NCBI GenBank assembly: GCA_964187785.1
Contig: OZ076409.1
Location: 6,760,001-6,824,000 of the forward strand
DNA length: 64,000 bases
From: Amphiscolops sp. MND2022
Taxonomy: Eukaryota
Reading direction: 5' to 3'
Numbering within the stretch: the stretch's first letter is position 1; each line of letters begins with the position of its first letter. Below the pieces are notes generated by a model, which was not told the DNA's origin, did not search any database, and saw only the letters and a list, made by a program, of their open reading frames with translations. Shown one piece after another: positions 61,763 through 64,000 of this stretch. Made by a program: the position numbers and the translations under genes.

Positions 61763-63331
61763 GTCAGTAAAAAAGTACAATTTGAGATCTCTATCATTTC
61801 AAATTTCTTCATTGTTTAGAAAACCTTATCAAGAATGCTAGGGTAGTTGTTGCAGGCTGCCTCGTGTGATCTTTATTTGTCTTTTGGATCAAGACTAAAA
61901 CAGCAGATTACCTCCAGAGTAGTTCACCAATGCAGGGACCATCGATCCACCTAGGGAGTCAGCAAATATATAGTACATATGTCGAGCTCTTAAGATGTGG
62001 ATGTTTCATATGAAATATCAATTCAATGTGGAATAAACATTAGACATTAGTGCCACCTCTGTGAGTGGACTTAAAGTCACTTCGACCACACCAATACAGT
62101 ACATCGCTTAACTCACTTTGGATTTATGTAGTTTTTTAAATGATTTTACTTCATGTATTTATTGTACAACCTAGTACAGTACAACGTATAATTAATTCGT
62201 CGAAAAGATTTAAACGAATCAATCAATTATCGAGAATGTGTATTGAAACGTGTTCAACTGGTACAGTGCTATAGTCTAGATGACGCGTTGTCCAATCCTA
62301 TTTATTAACCAATTACATGTAGTGTAACGACCGGCTAGCGACGCACATCTAGGAAGAGGGACAATGCCTAGGATGCTTAAACAGGAGACCGTTGTCTTAC
62401 TACATACCTAGACATTGGTTTTTGATCCCAAAATGGTCTCCTAGGGGACTTTTCTATCGTCTAAGGAGGCTTCTCTAGTTAGAGCTCCGAAGCACCGCGC
62501 CGGCACTCTCAAAGTCCGGACACGCCCCACAAGCCTGTAAAAACATTCCCTAGTGCTTTTAATGCGTTCCTACGACTTCCCGCATACTTCCGAGGTCCAA
62601 AAAGGTGTCTAACTGAAATACATTATATTGAGTGAATGAGGACTGAAATGGAGACCTACTAGGTGTAACATTATCCAAATACTCAGAAAACAGTAATAAA
62701 CACGGGGATAAGTCCCAATTACTTTACAGTCCATCGTCGTTCGTCGATTTTCTGCCTCTGGCATCATTCTTCATCATCGGGCACTTCTTCGGAGAGATGG
62801 CACAACACCCCGATCCGCTTGTTCTTTTCTTCTGATCTCTTTCACTTTTCCCTCGCATTCTTTTTTTGATATTTTTCCACGTGCTCTCTTCTTTGCTCTG
62901 TCTTCGCGTGTCTTCTTTTTTTGTTCATGTGCTCGTACATGCCAGGTCGGCCATTTTGATTGTTCCATTTTGATATCGCACATTTCGAATTTTTCATCGA
63001 AATGTTGTCATGCCGGTGGCAGACGTTACATAGCTTTTCGCATCTGAATGTTTTCGTGGTGAGCATATTACCAGAGTAGATGAACTCATTACTTTATATC
63101 AAACAATGTAAACAGTTGTTTTATCTAAAAGCTTGATTTCATTTGTGGCTTGTGAGACATGAAACCCATTTCGTTTGCTGCATAACGTAATGTCACTCGT
63201 TGCTAAATATAGAAACCTATGTAAATTGAATTAGGGCAACCAATAACAAGCGTGACGTCACTTTTTTGATATGGATCTATTTATACTTGTGACTTACCTT
63301 TTAGGCCATTATGATTCTCTGATGACGTTAA

Positions 63332-63797
63332 TTTTAGTCGGCATTTTGATTATTGAAAGAGATCGACTATTACAGTCACTCGTTTGTTTTCTTTGAGACA
63401 AAATTGAAGCGACGAAACTTTTCTTCAGTTGTTCAACTAAACGAATACATGGGAAACGCATCTAAGTTATTGCAAAGGGTCCGTTCTTTCAATTGTTACT
63501 TTTTAAACATTACACACAAACCCGGGCGAGACTAAAGGCTCCCCCTTCTCAAATTTTCAGGCGCTTTTTTTCAAAAAACATTGTGTCTTCAAAGCGCCTT
63601 CTTCGATTTTGTTGAAGTCCCCCTCGTAAGATCCAAATTTAAATTTTTGACGTTACATCCGAACTATAAAGCTTTTTAGTAAATAGGAGACGGAGGTTCG
63701 AAAATGAAGTTTTCACGAAAACGACCTACGCATGTTTCAAATCTGAGCTGTTTGAGCCTCAGATATAGTGACGACTTCAGACGTTCCCGTCTTTTTT
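63332..63797 (+). mobile_element. HINE-like family A copy (degenerate)
   Basis: TTTTAGTCGGCA...GACGTTCCCGTCTTTT. Confidence 0.7.
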
Positions 63798-64000
63798 GTA
63801 ACATTACATGAGTGCCATGCCCTGTAGAGTATATATCACTCGGACGTTGAGTCCGCATGGCTGAACTTGTTACGACCACATCTAATGACAACCTTTGCAT
63901 CAACCATTCCCTGTTTTGTTGTGACTTGTGTTTTCGCATTTTGTTTAATAACTTGTGAATCTGCTATTAATTTGTTAAGTTGAAAAACCAATTTCATTAG

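Noticed and set aside
62730..63960. Minus-strand Lys/Glu-rich ORF fragments
   Set aside because: Interrupted by stops, with no splice structure or homology I can support.

Overview
Eukaryotic, AT-rich, very repeat-dense genomic DNA, most likely from an invertebrate animal; the species cannot be determined from the sequence alone. From left to right it holds the end of a ~338-bp satellite array with a 3-monomer higher-order period, two orphan ORFs, and a full-length young Mag-like Gypsy LTR retrotransposon. Next come two tandem single-LIM CSRP/MLP-like genes and a 6-exon BRD7/BRD9-like gene with a degenerate bromodomain and two GC-AG introns. The right half has a small bHLH-like gene, ZFYVE21, SPACA9 and an exon of an unknown membrane protein. 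Interspersed are an RTE-like LINE fragment, about 20 non-autonomous Helentron-like (HINE) elements from three families, and many TIR MITEs with 8-9 bp or TA target duplications. The main finding is that several coding-region introns appear to be DNA-transposon insertions (Introner-like), with splice sites built from the TIR and target-site duplication: the SPACA9 intron, the bHLH intron and BRD7/9 intron 1, with weaker signs at BRD7/9 introns 3-5. At least three different MITE families are involved, and the geometry explains the GC donors. All gene models are inferred from reading frames and recalled homology, not transcripts.
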